Of a stretch of 64,000 bases of DNA, positions 19,474-29,993 are shown piece after piece; positions within the stretch are counted from its first letter, which is position 1; each line of letters begins with the position of its first letter. The DNA lies in the NCBI GenBank assembly GCA_964492125.1, contig CAZBJE010000003.1, forward strand, positions 27,788 to 91,787, given 5' to 3'. This stretch comes from an uncultured Pseudobdellovibrionaceae bacterium (GTDB lineage: Bacteria; Bdellovibrionota; FAC87; UBA2466). The notes beneath the pieces are model-generated. The model was not told the origin of the DNA and ran no database searches. It saw only the letters and a program-made list of their open reading frames with translations. The translations under genes were made by a program, and so were the position numbers.

Positions 19474-21783
19474 GTGCGCAAACGACTTTGGGCCATTCAC
19501 GCAATCTGGATAACGCTCTGCGTTTCTGGTTTTTTACTTTCTCAATACTCTCAACGTTGGCCGCTGCCCGGTTCGATCGGATCGGCTCTGACCCCCAGCT
19601 TCCAGAGATTCACTGGATTTTTTCGCGATATTAAATTGCGTTACCGCGGCTACCGCGCGCCCACTGCACCGGTTGTAATCGTCGATATCGACAGTGCGTC
19701 TCTTGAACAATTCGGTCGTTGGCCCTGGCGACGCGATTATATTGCCAACCTAATCGACCAAGTTTTTCAAGAAGGCGCCTCAGTGGTCGGGTTGGATATG
19801 GTGTTCTCCGAGCCCCAAGAGAGTGTGCCGGACGAATTAAAAGAGATTCTCAAGCAGCAAAAGCTCGGGGATTTGTTAGGGGTGTTTGATTTCGATCGGA
19901 CACTTGCGGGGATATTTGCCAAATACCGCGGGCGGCTGGTTTCTTCCTGGCTTTCTGAGAGCGTTTGTCGTCCCGCTCTTTCCACTCCCGAGCAGTGCCC
20001 CGTGTTTCACCCCGAGGCGTTGGCTGCCATTCCCGCCGGTTTCGAAAAGTTCTCGCTTCCGGCCGTAAAAATGCTGCCGGGTTTCGCATTAGACACCACG
20101 CCTTTGCCGACTGCTATCACCAGCATCTCAAACTTGCCGGCGCTCAGTAGCTCCATTAATCGCTCGGGCTTTGTGAATCGAGTCTTGGATGTCGACGGTA
20201 TTTTGCGTCGGGCTAGCCCCGTAATGCTAATGGGTGGCAAAGCCTACGGCTCCTTGCCGTTGGAGATGGCCCAAGTAATCCGCGGCGAGAAAGTGTCGCT
20301 TACTTTAAATGGAGATGGAACTGTCGGTGAAATGCATTGGGAAAAAACGGGCAAAATCATTCCCACTAGCCCGCAGGGCTCTTTGGATATCAATTTTCTG
20401 GGGCCGGAGCGCCATTTGCGTTATGTGTCGGCGCTCCAAGTCCTTCAGCATGCAGCCGGAGATCGCAGTTTGGCGAGTTTGCGCGACACCTTTCAAGGCG
20501 CGCATGTTTTGATCGGCGTGTCTGCACTGGCCGTCGGCGACTTGGTAGCTACTCCGTTTGAGGCCGTGAACCCTGGCGTGGAAGTTCAAGCGACTGTTCT
20601 GGAAAACCTGCTGACCGATTCGCTCATCGACACCGGTCAGGCGGCGCGGGTGTTCTGGGCCATTTTGGCGTGGATGATGGTGTTTGGGGCGCTATCGGTT
20701 TACGTGGGCCAGAAATGGGAAGCGGTTCCCGCCATGGCCATGGCTTCCGCTCTAGGTGTGGTCAGTGCTTTTGTGGACTTTCAGATGCTCTTTTCCGCAA
20801 AGCTCGATTACGCCACGGGCTTTTGGTACGCCCAGCTGCTTGGTACTTCGGCGATCACTCTGGCGGGCCGCTATATCATTGAGCAGAACGATAAGAAATT
20901 TGTCCGCAGCGCTTTTTCTAAGTACGTGGCGCCAACCGTTGTCGACAATATTTTAAAAGATCCCAAGCAGCTCATTTTAGGAGGGCGGCGCGAAACCCTC
21001 ACTATTCTTTTTAGTGATGTCCGCGGATTCACTACTTTGTCGGAAAAGCTCGACGCCCGCACCATCAGCGAATTTCTAAACGACTTTTTGGGACTGCAAA
21101 CCGAGATCGTATTTCAATACGGCGGCACGCTAGATAAATACATTGGTGATGCGGTCATGGCCTTTTGGGGTGCGCCCTTACCATTAGCCGATCATGCGCG
21201 CCGCGCCTGCGACGCCGCTATTGCCATCACCAACGCTCTGGAGCAGAACCGGCCTCGCTATCTGGAAAAGTACGGCATCCATGTGCACATGGGAATCGGC
21301 GTTCACACGGGTGAAGTCAGTGTGGGCAATATGGGTTCCGTTCGCAGCTTCAGCTACACCGTTATCGGCGACAGCGTGAATTTGGCTTCTCGTTTGGAAG
21401 GGGCTACAAAAACCTTTGGCGTCGAAATTCTAACGACCCGCGCCACTTTGGATTCAATGGCCGAGAGTGGCGCGTCCCTGCCGGCGCACCGTCGCCTGGC
21501 GCAGACCAAAGTGAAGGGCAAGAAAAACGCAGTGGAGATTGTGGAGTTGCTACGCGCGCCCCGATCCCCTGAAGGCCTGGATAGCTTCGCTCGCGGGGTT
21601 GCCCAATACGAATCCCGTCAATGGGCTGCGGCCCTGGCTAGTTTTGAAAAAGCGCAGTCGCTGCTAGGGACTTCGTCTGATCCGGATCGCTGCACCGCCG
21701 AATACATCGACCTGTGTAAACAATGCCTTGCGACGGAGCCGCCCACCGATTGGGACGGCTCCTGGTCGCTTACTTCGAAATAG
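19474..21783 (+). CDS. CHASE2-sensor adenylate/guanylate cyclase (class III).
   Basis: CHASE2 hallmark VVIVDIDSASLEQFGRWPWRRDY, TM block, and cyclase motifs LTILFSDVRGFTTLSE...YIGDAVMAFWGAP. The listed start is a GTG. Confidence 0.8.
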   Translation: MRKRLWAIHAIWITLCVSGFLLSQYSQRWPLPGSIGSALTPSFQRFTGFFRDIKLRYRGYRAPTAPVVIVDIDSASLEQFGRWPWRRDYIANLIDQVFQEGASVVGLDMVFSEPQESVPDELKEILKQQKLGDLLGVFDFDRTLAGIFAKYRGRLVSSWLSESVCRPALSTPEQCPVFHPEALAAIPAGFEKFSLPAVKMLPGFALDTTPLPTAITSISNLPALSSSINRSGFVNRVLDVDGILRRASPVMLMGGKAYGSLPLEMAQVIRGEKVSLTLNGDGTVGEMHWEKTGKIIPTSPQGSLDINFLGPERHLRYVSALQVLQHAAGDRSLASLRDTFQGAHVLIGVSALAVGDLVATPFEAVNPGVEVQATVLENLLTDSLIDTGQAARVFWAILAWMMVFGALSVYVGQKWEAVPAMAMASALGVVSAFVDFQMLFSAKLDYATGFWYAQLLGTSAITLAGRYIIEQNDKKFVRSAFSKYVAPTVVDNILKDPKQLILGGRRETLTILFSDVRGFTTLSEKLDARTISEFLNDFLGLQTEIVFQYGGTLDKYIGDAVMAFWGAPLPLADHARRACDAAIAITNALEQNRPRYLEKYGIHVHMGIGVHTGEVSVGNMGSVRSFSYTVIGDSVNLASRLEGATKTFGVEILTTRATLDSMAESGASLPAHRRLAQTKVKGKKNAVEIVELLRAPRSPEGLDSFARGVAQYESRQWAAALASFEKAQSLLGTSSDPDRCTAEYIDLCKQCLATEPPTDWDGSWSLTSK

Positions 21784-23332
21784 GCTTCACCAATCCTTCG
21801 GTGTAGGCCGTTGTTTCCAATTCAATCTTCAAAAAGACTGGCAATTTGGGATCCGACAAAAGCTCGGTGTAGTACGGTTCCAATTCGGCTGCATTCAGAA
21901 ACGGGTTCCGCTTGTCGGAAAGGGTAATGATCGTGTTGACGATCTCGCTGAAGTACTGTGGGTAGTAGGCCTGCTTTTTATAGTCGGTAAGCAGGGCCAA
22001 GTAGTCTTTTTCCCCGTATACCATGTCTTGCTTGGATTGGGCGGTCGCGGCGAGGTACTGAGCCGCATCGAATTCAGGGATATTGTGCGACTCCAAAATT
22101 TCGACCAATCGTTCCCGACCCGCCTTTTTGGCTTCCTCACGGCTCGCTACAAAATCCGTTACCGTGGCCAATCGCCAGCTGACGAACGTGTCTTGGCTTT
22201 TGATTTCTAGGAAATCGGCTACGTCCTCATAGAGCTTCTGCCATTTTTTTCGTTTTTTGCCTTCGGGGCAGCGGGCCGCTTCGTCTCCCTCAAAATTCTT
22301 CGTACAGTCGATGAGTTCGTGCCCAAGGGTGCAAAGTGGGTAGAATTCGTCCGGGTCGTCGGAGGTGAAGGGGTCTTCGAGCTCCATCTGGCAACCGGCT
22401 TGGAGCGTGTCAATCAGGTCAATCTCGACATCTTCTTCTCCTTCGGCGCCCACGGAGAATTTCCAGAGCTTACGGGAAGCCAAAGCGACAATGGTGTCGG
22501 TGCTGATTTCGAAGTCTTCTTCATCGTCGATGGAGAGTTGTTTTTTGCCGCTCAACGGAATGCTGATGAAGCGTTTTATGGCGGAAGAATTCGCGGCGGT
22601 TTCACGGTTGCCCAGCATTTTTTCAAAAGTGCTCGAAAGGGTGAATTTGGATTGGTGCTGCACCAATGAGAAATCGGTGAGTTCATTGCCAAAATCATTC
22701 GCGCGGTGAACGAGGCCCACGATTTCTCCTTTGAGATTCAGTACGGGCGACCCGCTGTTGCCGCTCGGTGTGCAGTGACTGGTGCCGCACCATTCCCCCG
22801 TGCGACGGTAAATCGGGGCTGCGGACCAGCGCTTGAGGCCCCCGTAAGGGTGGCCCACGATGTACACTTGTTTGTCGACGGCGGTGTCGCCCTCGGCGTC
22901 CGAAAATTCGAGCCCGGCGGGGATGGGAAAGGGTTTAGCCAGTGGGTTACCCTTTTCCGGCAGGTAAACTTTCATGACGGTTACGTCGTCGATTTGAGAG
23001 CTGAGCACCGGAACGACAAAAACCTCTTTGGTTTCGTATTTTCCTTCGCGCTCAAGTTCGAGATCGAGATCCAGGTAACAACCTTCGCGGGTGCAATTTT
23101 CGTGGCCGACGACGTGGGCATTGGTGACCAGCTCTTGGCTTTGTTTCAAGAAAAAGCCAGTGCCGACGCTACCCTCGACCGTGCGAATCCGAACCACGGC
23201 TCGGGAGGCCTCCACTATTTCCTTTGGCGCGGAGTCCATGGAGTGAAGAGGTTCTACTCCCGCGGGCTGCGGGAATGCCGCGAAAGCGAAACCACTGACA
23301 AGAAAAAACAAACCGAATAGACCCCGACCCAT
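21770..23332 (-). CDS. Secreted trypsin-like (S1) serine protease with a long C-terminal extension domain.
   Basis: Signal peptide. GTGFFL...TNAHVV (His) and GNSGSPVL (Ser) motifs. Confidence 0.65.
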   Translation of the reverse strand: MGRGLFGLFFLVSGFAFAAFPQPAGVEPLHSMDSAPKEIVEASRAVVRIRTVEGSVGTGFFLKQSQELVTNAHVVGHENCTREGCYLDLDLELEREGKYETKEVFVVPVLSSQIDDVTVMKVYLPEKGNPLAKPFPIPAGLEFSDAEGDTAVDKQVYIVGHPYGGLKRWSAAPIYRRTGEWCGTSHCTPSGNSGSPVLNLKGEIVGLVHRANDFGNELTDFSLVQHQSKFTLSSTFEKMLGNRETAANSSAIKRFISIPLSGKKQLSIDDEEDFEISTDTIVALASRKLWKFSVGAEGEEDVEIDLIDTLQAGCQMELEDPFTSDDPDEFYPLCTLGHELIDCTKNFEGDEAARCPEGKKRKKWQKLYEDVADFLEIKSQDTFVSWRLATVTDFVASREEAKKAGRERLVEILESHNIPEFDAAQYLAATAQSKQDMVYGEKDYLALLTDYKKQAYYPQYFSEIVNTIITLSDKRNPFLNAAELEPYYTELLSDPKLPVFLKIELETTAYTEGLVKPISK

Positions 23333-23457
23333 GCTGCCTCCAAGCTGCGTTCCTAAAGATTGAGACTCTGAAGCAGAATAACTGGGCGTGTCAATTGGAA
23401 GAGTGCGTTAAAAAAACAAACTGGGGAAATGCCCGCTTGGGGGGAGTCGCGCCCCCG

Positions 23458-23667
23458 CTAGTCGCGGTTGCGGCTCGGAGGGCGGCAGAATCCGTCGCTA
23501 CCCCGGTTCATTCCATTGGGGCAGCCGTGCCCCCGATCCGCATCGAACCGTTTGCCGCTGTCTTTGACGCCCACTCCAGTGGCATTCGGTGGACGGCTAG
23601 ACATGGGCCGGGTGGCGCAACCCAACAGCAAAAGCGCGGCTATCGTCGATAGAAACGAAACTTTCAT
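23458..23667 (-). CDS. Small lipoprotein (69 aa).
   Basis: Lipobox LLLGCA. Short ORF, so uncertain. Confidence 0.3.
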   Translation of the reverse strand: MKVSFLSTIAALLLLGCATRPMSSRPPNATGVGVKDSGKRFDADRGHGCPNGMNRGSDGFCRPPSRNRD

Positions 23668-23676
23668 GGATTACCC

Positions 23677-24213
23677 TTATTTGGCTAAGAGTGCGGCGAC
23701 GGCTTTGTCTAATTCGGGAGCCGAGGGCGAGACGCTCGATTTATAGCGCGCCACGATTTCGCCTTTTTGGTTGATGAGGAATTTTTCAAAGTTCCAAGAG
23801 ACCTCACCCTTTGGGGTGGCCGCCTCGGTCAGAAATTTATACACCGGTTGCTTCTCTGCGCCAGTAACCGCATTTTTGGAAAACAACGGAAAAGAAACTT
23901 TGAATTTTTTCTCGCAGAACTTCTTGATCTCGGCGTTGCTTCCCGGTTCTTGCGAGCCGAAGTCGTTGCTTGGGAAACCCAAAACGACCAAGCCTTTGGA
24001 TTGGTATTTTTTGTAAAGCGCTTCGAGATCTTTGTACTGGGGAGTGAAGCCGCATTCGGAGGCGGTATTGACCACCATCACCACTTTGCCTTTGTATTGG
24101 GAGAGGGCTTCTTTTTTGCCGTCTATCGTCTCGGCCGATAGATCGTAAAAACCCGAATTTGCGGAAGCGAGGGCCGCATTAAAAACCATGAGCGACCACA
24201 GGATGCATTTCAT
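23677..24213 (-). CDS. Glutathione peroxidase family (BtuE-like), with signal peptide.
   Basis: VVNTASECGFTPQY and LGFPSNDFGSQEP motifs. Confidence 0.85.
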   Translation of the reverse strand: MKCILWSLMVFNAALASANSGFYDLSAETIDGKKEALSQYKGKVVMVVNTASECGFTPQYKDLEALYKKYQSKGLVVLGFPSNDFGSQEPGSNAEIKKFCEKKFKVSFPLFSKNAVTGAEKQPVYKFLTEAATPKGEVSWNFEKFLINQKGEIVARYKSSVSPSAPELDKAVAALLAK

Positions 24214-25604
24214 TCAGTCTCCTTGTTCAAGCCAGTATTTAGCGTAGCGCCCAGCGCCTGCTTTCGCAAGTGGGTGCCGAAAGCCCGCATGACCACTAGA
24301 TGGGCGAGTGCTTGCGTAAACTTATAGACGTACCAGGGGAGACGGGGGCGGTATTCATGCAGGGCGGCGAAAAAAGTTTTACCGTCGAGACTCAAGCGGA
24401 ACTCCAATCGCCCTCGGCCTACTTTTTTAGTCAACCATCCTTCGCGGATATAAAACAACGCCCGATCGGGCGTGCTGCGCTCTTTAGAGAGCTCCAATAC
24501 TAGGAGCGCGCGATTACCAATAGAGAAGCGGCAAAAGCCATCTTTTTCGACTTTCACATTGAGTAGCCAAGGAATGAATGTAGGGAGCCAGCGCATGTAT
24601 TCCTCCCCTAACCAGAACGCATCGCGGCCCGCAGGGCGCGGTAAGCGTTGCACGCTGCGGACGTCCGGATCGGCCGTGGCCGGGCGGTAAGCCCGGGGTC
24701 GCAGGCCTTGTTCTTGCGCAAGACTGTCTTCGAGGCTTTTGCGAAAACTGGTTCCGACGACACCGGCGGCCAGTTGCCAGGTGCGGTTGCCGGCCACCAT
24801 ATCGTGTCGCAAACTTTGAACAAGTGGTTGAACAAGGGCTTTAGGGGCGCCCGTAATCAGAGATACCCAGAGCCGAGAAAGACCTGGCGTGAAAAGTGGA
24901 AACCGCGCTAGCCACCGGTGCTTGTCCAGTACTTCTGAAGTCATCGCGATCATCTCTCGGTAGCTCAGTACATCCGGCCCACCGATGTCATGAACGCCGC
25001 GCGATCGTTCTGGGTGTTCCACGCAATAGGCGAGCAACTCCACGACGTCGTCTAATGCGATGGGTTGGGTGAGCGACTCCGTCCAGCGCGGGCAAATCAT
25101 CACTGGTAATCGTTGTACGAGGCGCACCAGCATTTGAAACGAAGAACCTTCTGGTCCGACGATCAAGCTCGCCCGCAACGTAGTCACGGGAATACCGGCC
25201 GAAGCCAAGGTGCGTTCGACTTCCAATCTGCTAGCCAAATGCCGGGAAAGAGGGCGGTGATTGGGAAGCAGTCCACCCAAGTAAATGATTTGCTTTACTC
25301 CAGCTTTACGGGCGGCCCGGGCAAAATTATCGGCAGCGATCAAATCGAAGTCTTCAAAGCTGCCTTGAGTGAGTCGTGCGGAGGGCAGCATCGAATGCAC
25401 TAGGTAGTATGCGGTTTCCACGCCTTCTAAAGCTCTTTCGGCGTCGAGTAGCGAAAACAGATCGCACGCGCGCCATTCCGATGCGTGGAGACCTTTGGGA
25501 GGGGTTGCAGAGCGAGAAAGGCCGATAACGTGGTGATGGGCATTGAGTTTCTCAGTCAGGGCTTTACCGACGAAACCCGCAGCACCGGCGATGGCTATTT
25601 TCAT
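24210..25604 (-). CDS. NAD(P)-binding epimerase/dehydratase (SDR) family protein with a large C-terminal extension.
   Basis: MKIAIAGAAGFVGKAL Rossmann N-terminus. Start placed at this Met; the upstream extension to 25640 overlaps the neighbouring gene's start. Confidence 0.65.
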   Translation of the reverse strand: MKIAIAGAAGFVGKALTEKLNAHHHVIGLSRSATPPKGLHASEWRACDLFSLLDAERALEGVETAYYLVHSMLPSARLTQGSFEDFDLIAADNFARAARKAGVKQIIYLGGLLPNHRPLSRHLASRLEVERTLASAGIPVTTLRASLIVGPEGSSFQMLVRLVQRLPVMICPRWTESLTQPIALDDVVELLAYCVEHPERSRGVHDIGGPDVLSYREMIAMTSEVLDKHRWLARFPLFTPGLSRLWVSLITGAPKALVQPLVQSLRHDMVAGNRTWQLAAGVVGTSFRKSLEDSLAQEQGLRPRAYRPATADPDVRSVQRLPRPAGRDAFWLGEEYMRWLPTFIPWLLNVKVEKDGFCRFSIGNRALLVLELSKERSTPDRALFYIREGWLTKKVGRGRLEFRLSLDGKTFFAALHEYRPRLPWYVYKFTQALAHLVVMRAFGTHLRKQALGATLNTGLNKETE

Positions 25605-25646
25605 TACTTTGGAGCTCCTACAGTGGGGGCTTTGTATCATATACTA

Positions 25647-26324
25647 ATGCCCATGCCGACTCGCCTTGCCGATCACGGCCCCATTTATATTGAGACTCGG
25701 CTCGATCGCCTCATAGCCGAGCCGTTCAACGCCGCGACCGCTGCCTTGTTCTTGCTTCTCGCACTCGTTTGGCTGTGGCGCTTGCGCGGCCAGTACCGTC
25801 AAAACTATTTTTTTGTTTATTGCGTAGGCATGCTGGCAGTAGGCGGAGTGGGTGGCACGCTGTACCACGGCACTCGCGCCTCACGCTGGTTTTTGGTTTT
25901 AGACTTTCTTCCCATTGCACTGATCTGTCTCAGTGTGGCCGCGTATATCTGGGGCCGTATTTTAAAGCGCGGCCCCGCGGTTGGATTTTTGGTGGTGCTG
26001 GGTTTTTATTTTCCCCTCGCTCTGGGCCGGCATTTCATTCCGATGCCCTGGGCGATTAGTTTTTCGTATTTGGTGATTGGCCTCGCGGTCGTGACTCCAC
26101 TCGTTGTTATTTTGGCGAGGTCCGGCTGGCGGGACTGGCGCCAGGTCGCGGGTTCCTTCGCGCTTTTCTTGGTGGCGCTGGGCTTTCGCGTGGCGGACTC
26201 GGTGGAAGCTACGGCGCGGTTTTTACCGATGGGCAGCCATTGGCTCTGGCATGTTTTTTCGTGGATGGCGGTGGGAATTATTTTGGAATACTTCTACCGC
26301 TACACTAAGGCAGCGGCTGGGTGA
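25647..26324 (+). CDS. Polytopic (about 7 TM) membrane protein, family not resolved.
   Basis: Start re-placed at MPMPTRL because the listed upstream part overlaps the epimerase gene. Multiple hydrophobic helices. Confidence 0.45.
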   Translation: MPMPTRLADHGPIYIETRLDRLIAEPFNAATAALFLLLALVWLWRLRGQYRQNYFFVYCVGMLAVGGVGGTLYHGTRASRWFLVLDFLPIALICLSVAAYIWGRILKRGPAVGFLVVLGFYFPLALGRHFIPMPWAISFSYLVIGLAVVTPLVVILARSGWRDWRQVAGSFALFLVALGFRVADSVEATARFLPMGSHWLWHVFSWMAVGIILEYFYRYTKAAAG

Positions 26325-27156
26325 AGAGAGGCGCCATTTCCCGCCCAAAATCCAACGCATCCCGATTGGCCTCGACCTGAGGGTCGATTTTTTCTTCCTG
26401 CATCTGGTGCACTTCTTGCGAGGGTGTAGGTGCGCGGAAGCTTTCGTTGCCGAAATAACCCGAATACATTGTGGCGCCGCCCACAAGCGTGGCGCAGGTC
26501 ACCGCGCCGCCGAGGACCGCTACTTTCATCATGGGCAGATGGCCCCAGAAGTCGGCGAAAAAACCGGGCTTGGGTTTGGCCTTGGAGCTTATCTCGCGCT
26601 CTAGCTGGAATTGCAGTCCGGTGATGCCCTTCTTGGTCAGGTAAATATTAAAGGCGCGGCTGAGTTCCTCAAACGTGCTTGCGTGCAACTCTGGCGGGTT
26701 GGCGCGCTGCAGAGTAAAGAATTCGTGGAAATAAGCGTAATGCACCAGTCCTGCGCCTTTGCCTTCGGCTACCGGGTTGGCGGCCTTGGACGCATGCTCC
26801 ACAAAGAGCGGATCGATGTTGGGAATAGTGAGATCCGGTGCTGCCTTCAGGTAGCGGTTGTCCAGAGCGTCCGAGAACGTGCGGTAGAGGCGACTATAGA
26901 GTTCGTCGGTAAGCAACTGCCGTGCGCCGTGGATAACGGCTAGGCGCGCGCGTGCTTGTTCGTCGTCTAGGTTCTGATCGGCGTGCGTGCGGGCGACGAG
27001 CGCGTCGAAGTCGGTGGAAATAGATTCCATCGTTTGCGGCAAGCTGATTCGAAACAGCCGGTACATATTTGCGCCGTCGGGGTTCCATTCGGGTGGAACA
27101 GGCGAAGCGGATACCCAGGTCGAGAGCAGCAGGAAGAACATTCCCCAGTATTTCAT
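26305..27156 (-). CDS. Signal-peptide protein with a C-terminal TM anchor; third gene of the OMP-lipoprotein operon.
   Basis: MKYWGMFFLLLSTWVSASP start. Its ATG overlaps the upstream stop as ATGA. TM MMKVAVLGGAVTCATLVGG near the C-terminus. Confidence 0.45.
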   Translation of the reverse strand: MKYWGMFFLLLSTWVSASPVPPEWNPDGANMYRLFRISLPQTMESISTDFDALVARTHADQNLDDEQARARLAVIHGARQLLTDELYSRLYRTFSDALDNRYLKAAPDLTIPNIDPLFVEHASKAANPVAEGKGAGLVHYAYFHEFFTLQRANPPELHASTFEELSRAFNIYLTKKGITGLQFQLEREISSKAKPKPGFFADFWGHLPMMKVAVLGGAVTCATLVGGATMYSGYFGNESFRAPTPSQEVHQMQEEKIDPQVEANRDALDFGREMAPLFTQPLP

Positions 27157-29993
27157 TTGCGCGATCCTTCGGCTTGGGCGAATTGCATGCAGCGTTCTTG
27201 GGTGCCGTCGGTTTTGAGTTCTGCGCGTTTTTGAGCCGCATTTTTGGTGAAGTCGAGATAGTCCCATCTGCGGGCGGCGGTTTCGTAAAGGCAAAACGCA
27301 AACCGGGCCGCTTTATCGAGCGCGGCGTCGTTGCCCCCAATTTGGGATTCTACGCCGGTGACGTATTGGCCAACGTAATTTTTGATTTGTCCCTCGGTCC
27401 ATTGCACGGGAGTCGATTCGGTCATGTTTAAGACTCCAGGGAAAATGCCTCCATCGCGCGACAAGCGAGCCTCTTGTGCGGGGTCGAAGGCAGGGGAGAT
27501 GAAGTTGTCGACGCCATCGATAAACGCATCCACTTTTTCAAAGTAGTAGTTGCGGGTCTTGTCGCGAATGATCCGCTCGAAGGCGGTAAAGCCCTTTTTG
27601 CCGCGGATCATTTTGGTCCAGCCGCGTTCACGGGTGTCTTTGGGATCGGTCAGAGCGGAGTGTACCGAATTCCAGCGATCGCGGACGCTAAACCACGATT
27701 CTTTTTGAGCGCGCCGTTCTTGGGGCGCCGAACAGACCAAAGTGCTCTTGATGGCAGCGCCGGCCTTTTGGGAAATTTCTAGAATAAAGCGCTGAGGAAT
27801 AACCAACACACAGTTACGCACCATCAGGTGCAGTTGCGCCGTGATCTCTTCCTTGCTCAGTGTGATCGTATCAACGGAACTGACCCGGGATCTTTGGCCG
27901 TCGCCGGCTGACATCTCCTTGATACGGTACCATTCGGCTTCCTTGTTGAAGGCCGTATTAACAGAGGCCTCATTACCCATCACGCCGTAGCCCAATGTTG
28001 AGGCGACCCCCGCTACGAAATGTTCGGAGTTCTTGTCGGCGGCAATAGTGCGGTCGGTTTGTTGGTGCTCGTTGAAAAAACTCACCGCCAGGGCACCAAA
28101 GTAGTTATTGGTACTGCTTACTTGGGGTGCGGTGTTCAAGACTTTTTCTGTGATGGTGAAGTGGTTGAGATGGAAAAACTCCGTCGGTTTGCGCTGGCAC
28201 TGAGCGGACTGCTCGGCATTTAGGCCCAGTTTGGTATTGCAAAAGGGTGCCAGTAGCGCAGGCGCTTTTTCCGCCAGGCCTTCTCCTTCGGATTGTACGA
28301 AACCAGACAGCGCATCCCAGCGAGAGTCGCCGGCCGTCCAGGTTTTCCAATTGCCCCAGCTCTTGGGTGCATCGGCTAATGCTAAAGCCGTGAGGGGGCC
28401 ATAGCCCTGCCAGTATTTTTCAAAAAGCGCGAGTGGGGAATCTCCCCATTCTACCTTAAGTGCGTAGGCGGTCCCGCCCTGGGAAGCGATCTTGCGCACG
28501 CGATCAAACGGAATGGAAACCCAGTGTCCAGGGCGGCTTCTATCGGAATCAATCGATTCGCCCGCAGAATTGTCGTTGCCGTTAGGGTTGGAGACAAACG
28601 GGGCGGAGAACTCGAGCGGTTCCACAATTCCTTTCTCTTCAGAGAGAGGAGTGAGCGTAATTTGCAGACGGGCGCGTGCGTCCAAGCGGGGTTGTTGGGT
28701 GAAATCGATGGCGAACGTGACAGGGGTATTAATCTGGTTTTGCTCGTCGACTTGAACTTCCGATTCATACGCGCCCAAAAAAGCTTGTGCGGCGCGGTGG
28801 GTATCCGGTTCCACCATCGGATCCACCAGTACCAACGACATTTTGAAACGAGTGCCCGGCTGCAGCACCTGCGGATCGGGTTTGCCGCTGGGGTTAGGGC
28901 GAGTGACGGTTGGTCGGAGGGTGAGATTCCATTCCCGCAACGTAGTGAGCTGCAGGTGTTCGTTGAGTTCAAAGCCTCGGCGTAAAAAGAAGGCACTGTA
29001 GTTTTGCAAATTCAACTTAGCGGTCCCGCCGGGCAGGTAAGAAGGAGCGCCTTGTCGACGTAAATCGCGGTAAAAAAGATCGCCCCGCTGCCAGGGATTT
29101 ACAGCAATTTCCACCGCTCGGGTCTCGCCTTCGGATTGGCGAGAGCGCAGTAAAATGAAGCGGCGTTGGTAGTGCTCGGGCGCTTTGGCCAGCTCCAGAT
29201 AACTCAACTTGCCCTGCACCGGCAGATCGCCGCTCGAGTTGGAGGTGGCCTGCGTGCCTACGGCGCCGGCGGGCCACTCGGTAGAGTTGGCAATCAGGTA
29301 TTCAAAGGACTCCCCAGCCAGCGGTTTACCGCGATCGGCAGGGTCCACGACTCGCACTTCGGCCGAAAAGCCCACGGTGGTTTGGGTTGATTTGGGGTCG
29401 TAGCTCACCACCCCGTTGAATGAGCCGCGCGATCCGTCGGTTTGAAAAGAATGCGACGGACCTTGCTGTTCGCCTTCACCGGTCAACGAACGCTCGGCTT
29501 GATCTTCCGACACGGGTGGAATGGCCAGCCGCACGGTGCGCAGATCAGCCAATCCGTTGCTGCCCTCTATCCACGGGTTAATCGCAATGGGGATTTCCAC
29601 TTTCACTCCGCCGCTTTCAAGGGTGCGAGTGAAGCGGATGAAAACTTGGTTTTTCACTCGAGCGGCAAAGCGCACTTCTTCGGTCCAGTATAGGCAGCCA
29701 AAGGCGTCGGAGGGGGAGAGCGGGCTGCTCGCTTCGTTGCGCAGAAGGTTGAAGGCTTGGTTGGCGACTGCCTGCCGGCTGGCGCGGTCGATGGCGCAAA
29801 CCTTAACGTGGTAGGCCTTGTAGTTGGGTAGCCCGGAAGTGGGATCCACTTCGAGCGTTTCCGTGTGCACCGGCGACACGGCCGATAAAATAAAAGGCGC
29901 ACTATCGCCCGTTGCGGCTACGGGGGGCGTGACCGACTTAAAAGAACAGCCCACGAGTAAGCAGGCCGCTATGAGGTATTTAGAAAACCGCAT
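27153..29993 (-). CDS. Large (946 aa) lipoprotein, no recognisable domain.
   Basis: Lipobox CLLVGCS. Single long ORF. Start overlaps the upstream OMP gene by 14 nt. Confidence 0.55.
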   Translation of the reverse strand: MRFSKYLIAACLLVGCSFKSVTPPVAATGDSAPFILSAVSPVHTETLEVDPTSGLPNYKAYHVKVCAIDRASRQAVANQAFNLLRNEASSPLSPSDAFGCLYWTEEVRFAARVKNQVFIRFTRTLESGGVKVEIPIAINPWIEGSNGLADLRTVRLAIPPVSEDQAERSLTGEGEQQGPSHSFQTDGSRGSFNGVVSYDPKSTQTTVGFSAEVRVVDPADRGKPLAGESFEYLIANSTEWPAGAVGTQATSNSSGDLPVQGKLSYLELAKAPEHYQRRFILLRSRQSEGETRAVEIAVNPWQRGDLFYRDLRRQGAPSYLPGGTAKLNLQNYSAFFLRRGFELNEHLQLTTLREWNLTLRPTVTRPNPSGKPDPQVLQPGTRFKMSLVLVDPMVEPDTHRAAQAFLGAYESEVQVDEQNQINTPVTFAIDFTQQPRLDARARLQITLTPLSEEKGIVEPLEFSAPFVSNPNGNDNSAGESIDSDRSRPGHWVSIPFDRVRKIASQGGTAYALKVEWGDSPLALFEKYWQGYGPLTALALADAPKSWGNWKTWTAGDSRWDALSGFVQSEGEGLAEKAPALLAPFCNTKLGLNAEQSAQCQRKPTEFFHLNHFTITEKVLNTAPQVSSTNNYFGALAVSFFNEHQQTDRTIAADKNSEHFVAGVASTLGYGVMGNEASVNTAFNKEAEWYRIKEMSAGDGQRSRVSSVDTITLSKEEITAQLHLMVRNCVLVIPQRFILEISQKAGAAIKSTLVCSAPQERRAQKESWFSVRDRWNSVHSALTDPKDTRERGWTKMIRGKKGFTAFERIIRDKTRNYYFEKVDAFIDGVDNFISPAFDPAQEARLSRDGGIFPGVLNMTESTPVQWTEGQIKNYVGQYVTGVESQIGGNDAALDKAARFAFCLYETAARRWDYLDFTKNAAQKRAELKTDGTQERCMQFAQAEGSRK

